Shown here: positions 12,032 to 25,352 of the stretch, piece after piece | How the letters are laid out: every line of letters begins with the position of its first letter | Position numbering within the stretch: position 1 is the stretch's first letter | DNA from: Azolla caroliniana | Lineage: Eukaryota; Plantae; Polypodiophyta | Length of the DNA stretch: 64,000 nt | NCBI GenBank assembly: GCA_043228905.1 | Contig: JBHGNT010000013.1 | Coordinates: 20,336,001-20,400,000 of the forward strand | Reading direction: 5' to 3' | Program-made: the position numbers and the translations under genes | The notes under the pieces: model-generated | What the model saw: the letters and a program-made list of their open reading frames with translations, nothing else | Told to the model about the DNA's origin: nothing | The model's database searches: none

Positions 12032-13183
12032 ATGGCCACTGTTAGCGCTGAAGAATATCAATCTGTTTTCTCGGAATTCCAATGCTTGAAGGAGAAGTTC
12101 CATGCTTTGGAACAAGAAAACCAACGGTTGCTGGGGGATCTTCAGCAAATCTCCTTAGAAAAGCAGCAAACGCAACAACAACATGGGGAACTTGCGTTAC
12201 GCATGCAACAACTCGAAGCCACCATCGTAGCGATGCAACAACATGGGCCCGGAACACAAGGGATTCATAAAGAACCTAAGATTGGCCTTCCCACGAAGTT
12301 CGATGGAACGCGATCGCAGTTTAGAGGGTTCCTTAACCAAGTACGATTAGTTATTCAAATGCATCCTTCCCGATATCCCACCGATGCATCACGAGTGGGT
12401 TTAGTAGGCACTTTGTTAAGTGGCTCAGCGTTGTCATGGTTCGCTCCACTATTAGAAAAGGAATCTCCGTTACTCAACAATTTTGAAGAGTTTCTAGGTG
12501 AGTTTAAAGCATGTTTCGGAGATACTGACAGCATCAGGACCGCAATCAACAAAATCCGGCGATTACGCCAAGGTGACCGTCCAGCCTCCGCATACACTGC
12601 AGGTTTTCGCCTACTCGCCGCCGATATCCCTTGGGATGATCAAGCGTTGATGGAGCAATTCCGTTATGGTTTACGCAACGACGTCAAGGATTTACTCTTG
12701 ACCTTCCCCGAAGAGCCAAAGTCCTTAACAGAAGCAATCAGTCGCGCGGTGAGATGTGACAACCGCCTCTTTGAGCGACGTTCGGAACGACAGCTACAGA
12801 TGCCGAGGGCAAGATCAGAGCCCACCTACGCCTCAGTGGTAGCAAGACCTTTTCCGAGGGAGTCATATAATGCGTCTCCAGCGAATACTCCGACTCCGAT
12901 GGAGATTGACACTACACGTCGTCGAGGGCCATTATCCGAAGAAGAAAAGCAGCAACGCCGTACAAATCGACTATGTCTTTACTGCGGTGGACCAGGACAT
13001 ATCGCAATAAATTGCCCCCATAGGCCAAGAAGATAGGTAAACCAAATAGTCGCTAGTTCTAATTGTACTAAATCCGAACCTATTTCAGTAGGCATATCTG
13101 ATAGTCCTAATAGTACTAATATCCCAGATCTAGCAAACAAATTTGATGTCCTTAGTTAGTTAGAAGAAGAGTTAAACGACTAA
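12032..13183 (+). pseudogene. gag: Chromovirus Gag (sushi/PEG10-like capsid plus CCHC knuckle), with premature stops near the C-terminus
   Basis: PTKFDGTRSQFRGFLNQ, QFRYGL, CLYCGGPGHIAINC; the second copy reads through to EEELND*. Confidence 0.92.
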
Positions 13184-13225
13184 GTCCAGCCAAAATAGGA
13201 GCCGTTTGGTTGGACAGCCCTAGAT
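13171..13225 (+). promoter_or_regulatory. Putative -1 ribosomal frameshift signal between gag and pol
   Basis: G TTA AAC heptamer, 6-nt spacer, stem gtccagccaaa/tttggttggac; the -1 frame is open into pol; repeated at 16491. Confidence 0.7.
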
Positions 13226-15588
13226 CTGTGCAGCCCATTAGTGGTTCCATTCCCTCTAAGCAAGTTAGTGATGTGTTCGTAGCCCAAGTAATAGTTAGTA
13301 CTAAAAGTACCCCTCCAGTACATGTCCTAGCACTCCTAGATTCCGGAGCTAACTCTTGCTTTATGGATAAGAAATTTGCTCAAGCTCATAAGATATCCCT
13401 AAGAAAACTCCAGTGTCCAGCCTCTGTAGTAGTCATTGATGGACGTCCCATTGCTTCCGGAAATATCCTAGAAGAGTCAGAGCCCATTAATATTGTCCTA
13501 GATAACTTAGTATGTGTAGTATCATTTAATATTATTAGTATCCTAGAACATCCTATAGTTTTAGGACTACCGTGGTTCGAGTTACATAACCCAGACATAG
13601 ATTGGAGAACAAGAGAAATCCGGTGTCGACAAACCCAAGGGTCAACTCAGAAGATGGCAACCATTTCGCTACGTCAGTTGCGTAAAGAAGGGCACAAGGA
13701 GGAAATGTTCCTCTTTGCAATATCAGTAAACCCCTCCAACACCACTAAAGAAGAATCCACCGTTCAACTTCCCGAGAAGTATCGCCATTACACCGATGTG
13801 TTCGATAAAGTACAAGCCAACACACTTCCTCATCATCGACCGTACAATTGCCCCATTGATTTACAACCGGGAAAAGAGCCGCCATGGGGACCGATCTACA
13901 ATTTGTCACCAACCGAGCTGGAAGTCCTTCGGCCCTATATAGAGGAGAATTTGGAAAATGGTTTCATTCGGCATTCGAAATCTCCAGCCGGTGCGCCCAT
14001 TTTCTTCGTCAAGAAAAAAGATGGATCGCTTTGTCTCGTTGTAGATTACCGTGGCTTGAATAAGGTTACAATCAGGAATAGGTATGCTCTTCCCCTTATC
14101 TCAAGTCTTTTAGAACGGATCAATGGTGCCAGGTTCTTCACGAAGATCGACTTACGGGGAGCATATAACCTCGTACGGATCCGACCAGGAGACGAATGGA
14201 AGACCGCGTTTCGCACCAGATATGGGCACTTCGAGTATACTGTCATGCCGTTCGGCCTCACTAATGCGCCGGCAGTCTTCCAGCACATGGCTAATGATAT
14301 ATTCCGAGATCTATTGGATGATTGTTTGATCATCTATTTGGATGATCTACTGGTTTATTCAAAGACCCAAGAAGAACATGATTCTCATGTACTATTAGTA
14401 CTAAAACGACTTCGAGAACATGGTCTGTATGCAAAGCTAGAAAAATGTAGTTTCGGGTGCAACCAAGTGGAATTTCTCGGCTACATCATTTCGTCAGAAG
14501 GCATCTCCATGGACCCAGCTAAGGTCAGAACGGTGGTAGAATGGCAGACTCCGCGTTCGGTACGGGATGTGCAATGCTTCTTAGGCTTTGCCAATTTTTA
14601 CCGGAAGTTCATACAGGATTACTCAAAGATCGTTCTACCTCTCACACAACTTACCAGGAAGGGACAACCGTTCACTTGGTCTGAAGAAACGGACATGGCT
14701 TTCGAGAGTCTTAAAAAAGCATTTACATCGGCTCCAATTCTAGCTCATGTCGATCCGGAGAAACCATTCATTATCGAAGCTGACGCATCGGATTTTGCAT
14801 TGGGGAGCATTCTGTCACAACAGGGGAATGATGAAAAGCTACATCCTGTGGCTTTTCACTCACGCAAGTTTGATGCCGCCGAAATCAACTACGAAATCCA
14901 TGATAAGGAGCTATTGGCAATAGTGGATTCTTTTATGCAATGGAAGCATTTTTTGGAGGGATCCTCTCATCCAGTCACCGTATTTAGTGACCACAAGAAT
15001 CTTGCCTACTTTCAGGATGCTCGTGTGTTGAATCGACGTCAAGCTCGGTGGGCCCACTTCCTCACGCGTTTCGACTTCAAAATTACATATCGTCCGGGGA
15101 GGCACCAAGGGAAGGCAGATGCATTATCACGGCGTTCGTATCTAGCACCCCGTCCCGGCGAGCCAGCTTTCAATAACCAAAAACAAGTCATCTTGGGACC
15201 GGCACGATTACAAGCAACACAAATCTTTGACATGCCTATGGATTCCCGCGTTATCGATACCATACGTGAAGACTTGAAGACAGATGCGTTCGCCCAAGCT
15301 ATACTAGCACAAATTGATCCCTCTCGAGCGTCGTGTTCACAGTCGCAACCACCAGGTACGGACTATCGGCAATTCAAATACCATGATGGATTACTCTTCT
15401 TTAAAGAACTTTTGTATGTTCCTAATGGTTCTTGTCGCCTTCGAGTAGTACAAAACTGTCATGACACATATACAGCTGGGCATTTTGGTAGTACTAAAAC
15501 ATTACATTTAGTACAACGATCATTCTGGTGGCCCTGTATGCGACAATTTGTCGAGGATTTTGTTCAGACTTGTGATACATGTTGCAGA
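13210..15588 (+). CDS. pol: Chromovirus element A Pol: PR-RT-RH-integrase zinc finger, open frame truncated at the inversion breakpoint
   Basis: LLDSGA, KIDLRGAY, YLDD, DASD, HDKELLAI, H..AGHFG..WWP..C..C. Confidence 0.93.
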
Positions 15589-18500
15589 GGAACACAAGGG
15601 ATTCATAAAGAACCCAAGATTGGCCTTCCCACGAAGTTCGATGGAACGCGATCGTAGTTTAGAGGGTTCCTTAACCAAGTACGATTAGTTATTCAAATGC
15701 ATCCTTCCCGGTATCCCACCGATGCATCATGAGTGGGTTTAGTGGGAACTTTGTTAAGTGGCTCAGCGTTGGCATGGTTCGCTCCACTATTAGAAAAGGA
15801 ATCCCCGTTACTCAACAATTTTGAAGAGTTTCTAGGTGAGTTTAAAGCATGTTTCGGAGATACTGACAGCATCAGGACCGCAATCAACAAAATCCGGCGA
15901 TTACACCAAGGTGACCATCCAGCCTCCGCATATGCTGCAGATTTTCGCCTACTCGCCGCCGATATCCCTTGGGATGATCAAGCGTTGATGGAGCAATTCC
16001 GTTATGGTTTACGCAACGACGTCAAGGATTTACTCTTGACCTTCCCCGAAGAGCCAAAGTCCTTAACAGAAGCAATCAGTCGCGCAATGAGATGTGACAA
16101 CCGCCTCTTTGAGCGACGTTCGGAACGACAACTACAAATGCCGAGGGCAAGATTAGAGCCCACCTACGCCTCAGTGGTAGCAAGACCTTTTCCGAGGGAT
16201 TCATATAATGCGCCTCCGATGGAGATTGACACTACACGTCGTCGAGGGCCATTATCCGAAGAAGAAAAGCAACGACGTCGTACAAATCGACTATGTCTTT
16301 ACTACGGTGGACCAGGACATATTGCAATAAATTGCCCCCATAGGCCAAGAAGACAGGTAAACCAAATAGTCGCTAGTTCTAATTGTACTAAACCCGAGCC
16401 TATTTCAGTAGGGATATCTGATAGTCCTAATAGTACTAATAGCCCAGATCTAGCAAACAGATTTGATGTCCTTAGTCAGTTAGAAGAAGAGTTAAACGAC
16501 TAAGTCCAGCCAAAATAGGAGCCGTTTGGTTGGATAGCCCGAGATCTGTGCAACCCATTAGTGGTTCCATTCCCTCTAAGCAAGTTAGTGATGTGTTCGT
16601 AGCCCAAGTAATAGTTAGTACGAAAAGTACCCCTCCAGTACATGTCCTAGCACTCCTAGATTCCGGAGCTAACTCTTGCTTTATGGATAAGAAATTTGCT
16701 CTTGAGCTCATAAGATATCCCTAAGAAAACTCCAGTGTCCAGCCTCTGTAGTGGTCATTGATGGATGTCCCATTTGCTTCCGGAAATATCATAGAAGAGT
16801 CAGAGCCCATTAATATTGTCCTAGATAACTTAGCATGTGTAGTATCATTTAATATTATTAGTATCCCAGAACATCCCATAGTTTTAGGATTACTGTGGTT
16901 CGAGTTACATAACCCAGACATAGATTGGAGAACAAGAGAAATCCGGTGTCGACAAACCCAAGGGTCAACTCAGAAGATGGCAACCATTTCGCTACGTCAG
17001 TTGCATAAAGAAGGGCACAAGGAGGAAATGTTCCTCTTTGCAATATCAGTAAACCCCTCCAGCACCACTAAAGAAGGATCCACCGTTCAACTTCCCGAGA
17101 AGTATCGTCATTACACCGATGTCTTCGATAAAGTACAAGCCAACACACTTCCTCATCATCGACCGTACGATTGCCCCATCAATTTACAACTGGGAAAAGA
17201 GCCGCCATGGGGACCGATCTACAATTTGTCACCAACCGAGTTGGAAGCCCTTCGGGCCTATATAGAGGAGAATTTGGAAAATGGTTTCATCCGGCATTCG
17301 AAATCTCCAGCCGGCGCGCCCATTTTCTTCGTCAAGAAAAAGGATGGATCGCTTCGTCTTGTTGTAGACTACCGTGGCCTGAATAAGGTTACAATCAGGA
17401 ATAGGTATGCTCTTCCCCTTATCTCAAGTCTTTTAGAACGGATCAATGGTGCCAGGTTCTTCACGAAGATCGACTTATGGGGAGCATATAACCTCGTACG
17501 GATTTGACCAGGAGACAAATGGAAGACCGCGTTTCGCACCAGATATGGGCACTTCGAGTATACGGTCATGCCGTTCGGCCTCACTAATGCACCGGCAGTC
17601 TTCTAGCACATGGCTAATGATATATTCCGAGATCTATTGGATGATTGTTTGATCATCTATTTGGATGATCTACTGGTTTATTCAAAGACCCAAGAAGAAC
17701 ATGATTCTCATGTACTATTAGCAATAAAACGACTTCGAGAACATGGTCTGTATGCAAAGCTGGAAAAATGTAGTTTCGGGTGCAACCAAGTGGAATTTCT
17801 CGGCTACATCATTTCATCAGAAGGCATCTCCATGGACCCAACTAAGGTCAAAACGGTGGTAGAATGGCAGACTCCACGTTCAGTGCGGGATGTGCAATGC
17901 TTCATACAAGATTACTCAAAGATTACTCAAAGATCGTTCTACCTCTCACACAACTTGCCAGGGAGGGACAACCGTTCATTTGGTCTGAAGAAACGGACGT
18001 GGCTTTCAAGAGTCTTAAAAAGGCATTTACATCGGCTCCAATTCTAGCTCATGTCGATCCGGAAAAACCATTTATTATCGAAGCTGACGCATCGGATTTT
18101 GCATTGGGGAGCATTCTGTCACAACAGGGGAATGATGAGAAGCTACATCCTGTGGCTTTTCACTCACGCAAGTTTGACGCCGCCGAAATCAACTACGAAA
18201 TTCATGATAAGGAGCTATTGGCAATAGTGGATTCTTTTATGCAATGGAGGCATTTTCTGGAGGGATCCTCTCATCCGATCACCGTATTTAGTGACCACAA
18301 GAACCTTGCCTACTTTCAGGATGCTCGTGTGTTGAATCGATGTCAAGCTCGGTGGGCCCACTTCCTCACGCGTTTCGACTTCAAAATTACATATCGTCCG
18401 GGGAAGCACCAAGGGAAGGCAGATGCATTATCATGGCGTTCGTATATAGCACCCCGTCCCGGCGAGCCAACTTTCGATAACCAAAAACAAGTCATCTTGA

Positions 18501-20055
18501 CGACTACAAGTAACAAAGATCTTTGACATGCCCATGGATTCCCGTGTTATCGATACCATACGCGAAGACTTGAAGACAGATGCGTTCGCCCAAGCTATAC
18601 TAGCACAAATTGATCCCTCTCGAGTGTCGTGTTCACAGTCGCAACCACCAGGTACGTACTATCGGCAATTCAAATACCATGATGGATTACTCTTCTTTAA
18701 AGAACTTTCGTATGTTCCTAATGGTTCTTGCCGCCTTCAAGTAGTACAAAACTGTGATGACACATATACAGCTGGGCATTTTGGTAGTACTAAAACACTA
18801 CATTTAGTACAACGATCATTCTGGTGGCCCTGTATGCGACAATTTGTCGAGGATTTTGTTTGGACTTGTGATACATGCTGCAGAGCGAAAATGCCAAGGC
18901 ATCATCCATATGGTTTATTAGAACCATTACCAATTCCAAGCAAGTCGTGGCAATCCATTGCTCTAGACTTCATCACAGATCTTCCAGTCTCTAAGGGGTT
19001 CAATGCGATTCTAACAGTGGTCGATCGATATACGAAGATGGCTCATTTCTTGCCATGTACTAAGGAGATCTCCAGTGAAGACACTACCGAAATTGTCATG
19101 CGTGAAGTATGTCGGCATCATGGACTTCCCAATAGTATCATCAGCGACCGTGGACCCCAGTTCGTGTCAAAATTCTGGAAGCACCTTTTTAACATGCTCA
19201 AGGTCACTTGTAACCTCTCCTCCGATTACCACCCACAAACCGACGGCCAAGCCGAATCAAACGCTGGAGCAGTATTTGCGGTGCTTTCTCAGCTATCATC
19301 AGGATGACTGGGCAGATATTCTCCACTTCGCCGAATTTGCCTATAACAACTCTATCCACGCATCCGCGAAAGTTACGCCATTTTATGCTTATACGGGATG
19401 TCACCCCCGGTGGGGTGTACTTGAAACCCCAGAGGTGTCCACAAATCCTTGCGTAGAGGATCGTTTGGAGAGGTTACGCAAGATACAAGCGGATTTATCT
19501 ACTCATCTCCAACAAGCTCAACAAACACACAAGGTTTATGCGGATCGTCATCGACTCCCATCTAGTTTTAACATTGGAGATCGGGTATGACTACTCCGAC
19601 GACACATCAAGACTACTCGCCCATGTGAGAAGTTGGATTATCGGCGATTAGGTCCTTTCCGTATTATCGGAAAGATTAATGATGTCACTTTTCGTCCTGA
19701 TCTACCTCCACAACTTCGGATACATCTAGTGTTTCATAGTTCTCTCCTCAAACCCTATCAAGAAAGCACCATCCCAGGACGTATTACACAGCCTCCACCC
19801 CCGATCAAGCTTGAAGATGGACCTGAGTACGAGGTTGCCGCCATCCTTGATTCCAAGCTTGTTCGCAACAAGCTCTACTATCTAGTCGACTGGCTAGGAT
19901 ATAGTTTCAGCGAGCGTAATTGGGAACCGATAGAGAATGTCACCAATGCTCGTGCTCTTCTTGAAGACTTCCATCGTCAATATCCAGACAAACCGGGTCC
20001 TCAATCCAAAACGACTCGTTACACTCGTCGTTTTAAAGGGGGGATAGTGTCATGA
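15589..20055 (+). pseudogene. pol: Chromovirus element B: rest of gag and complete pol including chromodomain (several stops/frameshifts)
   Basis: Second copy of the gag/PR/RT/RH motifs, integrase, and chromodomain ORF 19633..20055 ending at the PPT. Confidence 0.93.
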
Positions 20056-20481
20056 TAGGGCAAGACTCGAACCCATGACCTTATACTACATGGGTCGAGC
20101 TCTTGACCATTAGACTATACATTGTAATACATAGAATATTATTTTCATTTATTTTTTATTATAGAAAATTGATGTATATTCCAGATTTCTCTGGAACATT
20201 CTAGAAACTTCAGGAGTATTCCTTAGAACACTATAAAAGGAGGCACAAGGCATTATTTCGAACCAAATCGGTTCAACGCCAGTTTTAAGCCTCCTAGCTA
20301 CTGTACATTTTCTTCACATAATATATATCTTTTCTTATCATCACTCTCTCTCTCTCTCTCTCGATCTCTCTCTCCCTCCCTCTCACTCACTCTTTCCTTC
20401 TCTTGAGAGTTCTTCACCTCTCTTACTACTAATACTTCTTTTAGTACTAATTCCTTCTCTGTCTTAGTACTGTTCCTGACA
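20048..20481 (+). mobile_element. Chromovirus LTR, variant B; 3' LTR of element B
   Basis: PPT immediately upstream; TGTCA...CCTGACA; followed by GGTAC TSD. Confidence 0.95.
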
Positions 20482-22117
20482 GGTACTGAGGGTGATCAAT
20501 TTATCACATATGTCGCCGTCGACAATGCCTCAACCCAAAACTTCTTGGGTAGTTTTGCATGCGCTAGCATACTCCGGACCCTCTCCATTATGGTCCGGTC
20601 CATCCTCTCAGCCAGTCCGTTTAGTTCTAGCGTCTTCGGCACGGTAAATTCGAGTCGGATTCCCTTCGAGCGGCAATACTCCTCGAACTGCCCCGGGTAT
20701 TCTCCTCTGTTATCTACTCGAACCGCCTTCAGCTTCCGACCGGTTTCTCTTTCCACTCTCGCGTGGAGCTCTTTGAAGACGGATAGCACTTGATCCTTCG
20801 TCTTCAACGGTGTGGCCCACAACTTCCGGCTGTTGTCATCTATGAACGTCACGAAGTACTGCGCTCCGGCATGTGACTTCGTGTCTACTTGACACACATC
20901 CGTATGCACCAACTCCAGTGGTGCATTACGTCTCATCGATGGCCTTGGTCGGAAGGAGGTCCGGTTTTCCTTACCGGCTAGACAATCAGTGCACTTCTCC
21001 AAGTGCACATTCTTCACTGGAATGAGGTTGTCGTTTGCAAGCCTCTTCATCCCCTTCTCGCTCATGTGACACAGCCTCTTGTGCCACAGCTCACCGGCAG
21101 TGTCGAATGCCAGATTCACTTCTTCTGGACATAATCGGGCATTCATCAGGTACAATGTGTTGACCACCTTCCGGGCCCTACCCACAATCAGGCTCCCTTT
21201 GCTGAACTTCATGACACCGTTCCCAATGCTACCCATGTAGCCTTCATCATCTAGCCGACCGGCTGATATCAGGTTCAGACGAACCTCCGGAACGTGTCGG
21301 ACATCCTTCAGCAGCAACTTGCATCTGGTTGGTGTTGTCAAGCACACGTCTCCTATGCCGACAATTTGGCATGTACCTTCATTCCCCATCCGGACACAGC
21401 CGTGATCACCGGCTGAGTAGAATGAGAAGCATTTCCGGTCCGGGGTAAGGTGGAACGATGCTCCGGAGTCTACCACCCAGGTCATCTCGTCGCCGGTGTC
21501 GTGAAGAATTTGGGCCAGAGGCGGAAACCGGGAAACATTGGCTACATCGGCGGGGTGCAGCGTGTTTACGCATCCATGTACATTTAGTGTGAATAACGAG
21601 GGCGCCTTTATGGTGCCAAAGAGTAGTCAAGTCGGGACAGACGGTCCCATGTAAGTCGAGGTTTATCCCACATTGTAACGCATCCCTGTCCTTGTTCTAT
21701 AAAAGGAAGGGAACGCCCTTTGTGAAGGGGTTGCCCATTTTGCATTAGAGGGTATACCGTTAGGTTTAGAGTTAGTTTCTTCTTCTTCTTCTTCTTCTTC
21801 TTCTTCTTCCCCCCCTTCATGTTCGCTTAGGGTTTGCTTCAGCTCATCTCCTGCGCAAGACCCCGCTCGGCGCGACGAGCCCGTGAGCTCCCCGACCGGC
21901 GGCTTGGCAGCTGACGACTATTGTAACCTACCTCGGTCCGACTCGACGCTGGGAATGTATTCTTCTTATATATATATATACGTTTGCGTCTGTCTGTATA
22001 TATTCGAGTCTTCATTGGTGTCGGGTGCTTCCCCTTTCCTACATTTCCTGTACTTAAGGGTGTGAGTCGGGTTGGCCTCTGTGTGTGTGTGAGTGTGTGT
22101 GCGTGAGTCGGTGTTAA

Positions 22118-22167
<50 letters not shown>

Positions 22168-23195
22168 GTTGCTTCCGGTGTGCTTCTGGGATACCCCGGA
22201 AACGGTGAAGCACGACTTCCTATGCTCCATCACTCCCTAGTCCAAGACCCCCGTGGTCCCGCCTTTCCCCACGCACGCGCGTAACAACGCGACACCGGCA
22301 AGGTTTATCTCGCTCTCCTCGGTGATGAGCATCAACTCTTCTTCACTTGCCGTGATTGCCGTCGTTCCCTTCCGGTCCGGCCCCCTCCGGTCTTTACCGT
22401 TCTGGTCCGGGGTCCACTTCGAATCGGTACTGTCGGTTTCCTTGTCTTTTCGGAAATGCGGACAGTTCTTTTGGAAGTGTCCCGGCTTGCCGCAATAGAA
22501 GCAAGTAGGCCTCCCCCTTGACTTTGACCGTGTCCCCGACTTTTCCCGGTTTTGGGGACTACGGTTTCTTTGTCTTCCGCGTTCCGATTCGGTAAGGAGC
22601 GCTTTGGAGTCGGAGCTCGTATCTTTATCTTTCCGACGCGCCTCCTCATCTAGCAAGCTCGACTTTACTCTTGCTAGGGATAACCGCTTTCCTTCCGGCC
22701 CGGCATTGCCCAAAGTGACAACCAACGTCTCCCAGCTATCCGGGAGGGAACCGAGCAGGAGTAGCTCTAGTACCTCATCGGCGAGAGGTACTTCCAATGA
22801 TGTTGCCTGGTGTATCAGCCCCTGGAAGGCATTCATGTGCTCCGCCATGGTGGAGCCATCTTGGTACCGGAGTCTTACTAGCTTCTGGAATACTGAAACC
22901 TGATTAACAGCATTTTTGTTTTGAAACATTATGCCGATCTTCTCCCAAAGCTCATGAGCCTTGCTCTCTTCATTGAAGTTGTTGTACAGGCTCATGTCGA
23001 TGAAGCATCGTATGTACGCCGTTGTCTTCATGTGCATCACCTCCCATATCGCGGCGTCGATTTTGTCCGGTCTCTTGTCCCCGAACTGAACCGACAGCCA
23101 GAGTTCTTTAACCACGACCATGTCCCTCATCTTCGACTTCCACACCGAATAGTTTGAGCCAGTGAGCTTGAACATGCCTCCCAACGAATCGTCCA
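20482..23195 (-). pseudogene. gag-pol: Copia B gag, protease and integrase (interrupted by a solo LTR and by chromovirus B)
   Basis: KLTGSNYSVWK, CFYCGKPGHFQKNC, WVVDSGAS.H, LWHKRL.H, VHTDV, FIDD, NGLAERM; continues at 6628. Confidence 0.93.
21497..22294 (+). mobile_element. Solo LTR (group D) with 4-bp TSD CCGG
   Basis: TGTCG...CGACA flanked by CCGG on both sides; removing it restores the host frame NLAGDEMTWVVDSG. Confidence 0.9.
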
Positions 23196-23211
23196 TTTTC
23201 TGTGTCGTTTT

Positions 23212-23223
23212 GCTCTGATACCA
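23212..23223 (-). promoter_or_regulatory. PBS complementary to initiator tRNA-Met (Copia B)
   Basis: TGGTATCAGAGC two nt after the 5' LTR. Confidence 0.9.
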
Positions 23224-23225
23224 CT

Positions 23226-24074
23226 TGACCGGAACTAAAATGCTCCTTATGCGCAATGCTCGGCCACAACCGAGCTTAGAATCATACACAAAAAACGGGA
23301 AATAAAAGCACGACACAAAGAGGAGAAGGGTACACAGGATGTTTACGTGGAAAACCCAAACTAGGGAAAAACCACGGCAGCCCACAGGCTACAAACTATC
23401 ACTATGTTAGAATGTACAACAGTGAGTTCACGGAGGCAATGACCTCGTGCTCACGATCTTCGCCACAAGCGGCGGTTACAACAAAGGCAGCGACCTCTTC
23501 CTCTCTCTCTCTCACTCTATACACTGTTACGCGCTATAATCTTTTGACAAAGCAAGAATGACAACCACACCTAAAAGATTGCCCTAAGTCATATTTATAC
23601 TAATATGACTTTTCGGCTATTTACAAATATAGCCATGACGGACTCTCAGAAACATATTTACGAATATGTCTCTTCATCCGATTCTCACCGGGTCTGCACC
23701 ATCCGACTCTCCGTAGCCGGGTACACCTCATCCGGTTCTCACCGGGTCTGCACCATCCGGCTCTCCGTAGCCGGGTACTCCTCATCCGGTTCTCACCGGG
23801 TCTACACCATCCGGCTCTCCGTAGCCGAGTACTCCTCATCCGGTTCTCACCGGGTCTGCACCATCCGGCTCTCCGTAGCCAGGTAATCTTCATCCGGTTC
23901 TCACCAGGTCTGCACCATCCGGCTCTCCGTAGCCGGGTACTCCTCATCCGGTTCTCAACGGGTCTGCACCATCCGGCTCTCTGTAGCCGGGTACTCCTCA
24001 TACGGTTTCTTCTCAGCACTGTTCATCAGCACTATTCTTCTCCCTTCCCATCCGGAGGGACGTGTCTCCCAACA
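23226..24074 (-). mobile_element. Copia B 5' LTR with six copies of a 54-bp unit
   Basis: Homologous to 8560-9246; 162 bp (3x54) longer. Confidence 0.92.
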
Positions 24075-24242
24075 CACTGATCCGAGTAGCTGACCAAGAG
24101 ACACTTCTCAGCTTTTGCGTCTAGCTTCCTCTCCTTTCCCTTCGGCACATGCACATTGGCAATGCTGCCGAACACCCTTAAGTGTTCCAGATTTGACTTC
24201 TTCCCGAAGTACAGATCATGTGGTGACATTCCTCCATTTGCA
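24075..24242 (-). pseudogene. pol: Copia A2 integrase fragment (target of the Copia B insertion)
   Basis: SPHDLYFGKK..LRVFGSIA.VHVPK..RKLDAKAEKC..SYSD; continues at 9247. Confidence 0.85.
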
Positions 24243-25352
24243 TATTGAGAAAGTTATCGTGCGGAAGAGTTAGACAAACCGGCTCATCCGAATAGCAACA
24301 AAGAATAAGAGAAGGTTTAATGGAAAAGCTTCACACAGAAAATATACACGGGAGAGACAGAGAGAGCAGAACATAAAAGCTAGATTCAAAATAATGACAA
24401 TACTCTCTATACATAGAATGTGCTCAAAGAGCACTTTTATACAAGTCCATAAAGGATTGACAGGTACTTCAATGCTCACATGAGTGACTATCACTGACTC
24501 CCAAAAATATGCCTACGTACTAGGCTGGACCCATAGGCCTCTAATGGCCTACCAGTTTCAATCCGATCCAGATCCGGTTAAGCTTGCTTGCTCAACACTC
24601 CCCCTCAAGCTTAACTTGAGGTCGGATCATGGTGTCTATGTTTGCAATAGCCAGTCCTTTCCTCTGGCTCCTTTCGACGTCCTCCCGCCTTGCTCGCGCT
24701 CCTCGTTCTGTCCGGTTCCGCTTCCCGCGATCTGTCCGGTAATGTGCACCTCGATCTCCTTGGTCGGCTTGTCTGCTCAACAGGCCCATTTCAGCTCCTT
24801 CGTTGTTATGACTTAGGCGCTTGTTGATCCATCAGTTCTTCCATGTTGGTGTTGACTTCCGCTGCCTTCTCGTCCGATTGGCCTTTAGTTGATCCGGCTT
24901 CTCCGAATCTTGAACCGAATCGGCTTCCTCCAATTCGTTCCAGCTCTTGTCTGAGTTGGTGGTCTCCAACTCGTCTTCCATTTTTAGGCCCTTCACCACA
25001 TTGGACCACGTCCGGGTCTTCGCTCTGTCCTTCTTGACTTTGCCATCGCTGCCGCTTGCTCCGACTTGTTCGGATGTGCCGACTCCTTCGGCCGACTCGG
25101 TTTTCTCTTTCTGCTTATCTCCCACCTTAGTTCTTTCTTCCTCTCCGGCTCCTTTTCCGATGCCATTCGTTCCCATTCCTGTTCTCCCCCTCAAGTGTGG
25201 TACATCGAGATGCTAAATGCCGAGCATCTCTGAAAAATGTTGTAACTTGTCCGATCTGAGCGGCTTGGTGAAGATGTCGGCAACCTGCCAATTTGTGTGA
25301 ACATACCGAAGTTCAACTTCACCGCTCAGGACCTGTTCACGAACAAAGTGAT
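24243..25352 (-). mobile_element. Copia A3 3' end: RH end, charged extension, PPT and LTR (LTR ~24243-24597)
   Basis: FVREQVLSGEVELRYV..QVADIFTKPL; CTTGAGGGGGAG followed by TGTTGAGC. Confidence 0.8.

Noticed and set aside
11524-20481. Apparent retrotransposon with two gag-pol cassettes
   Set aside because: The LTRs are different variants and the TSDs do not match; explained by the 5902-15588 inversion
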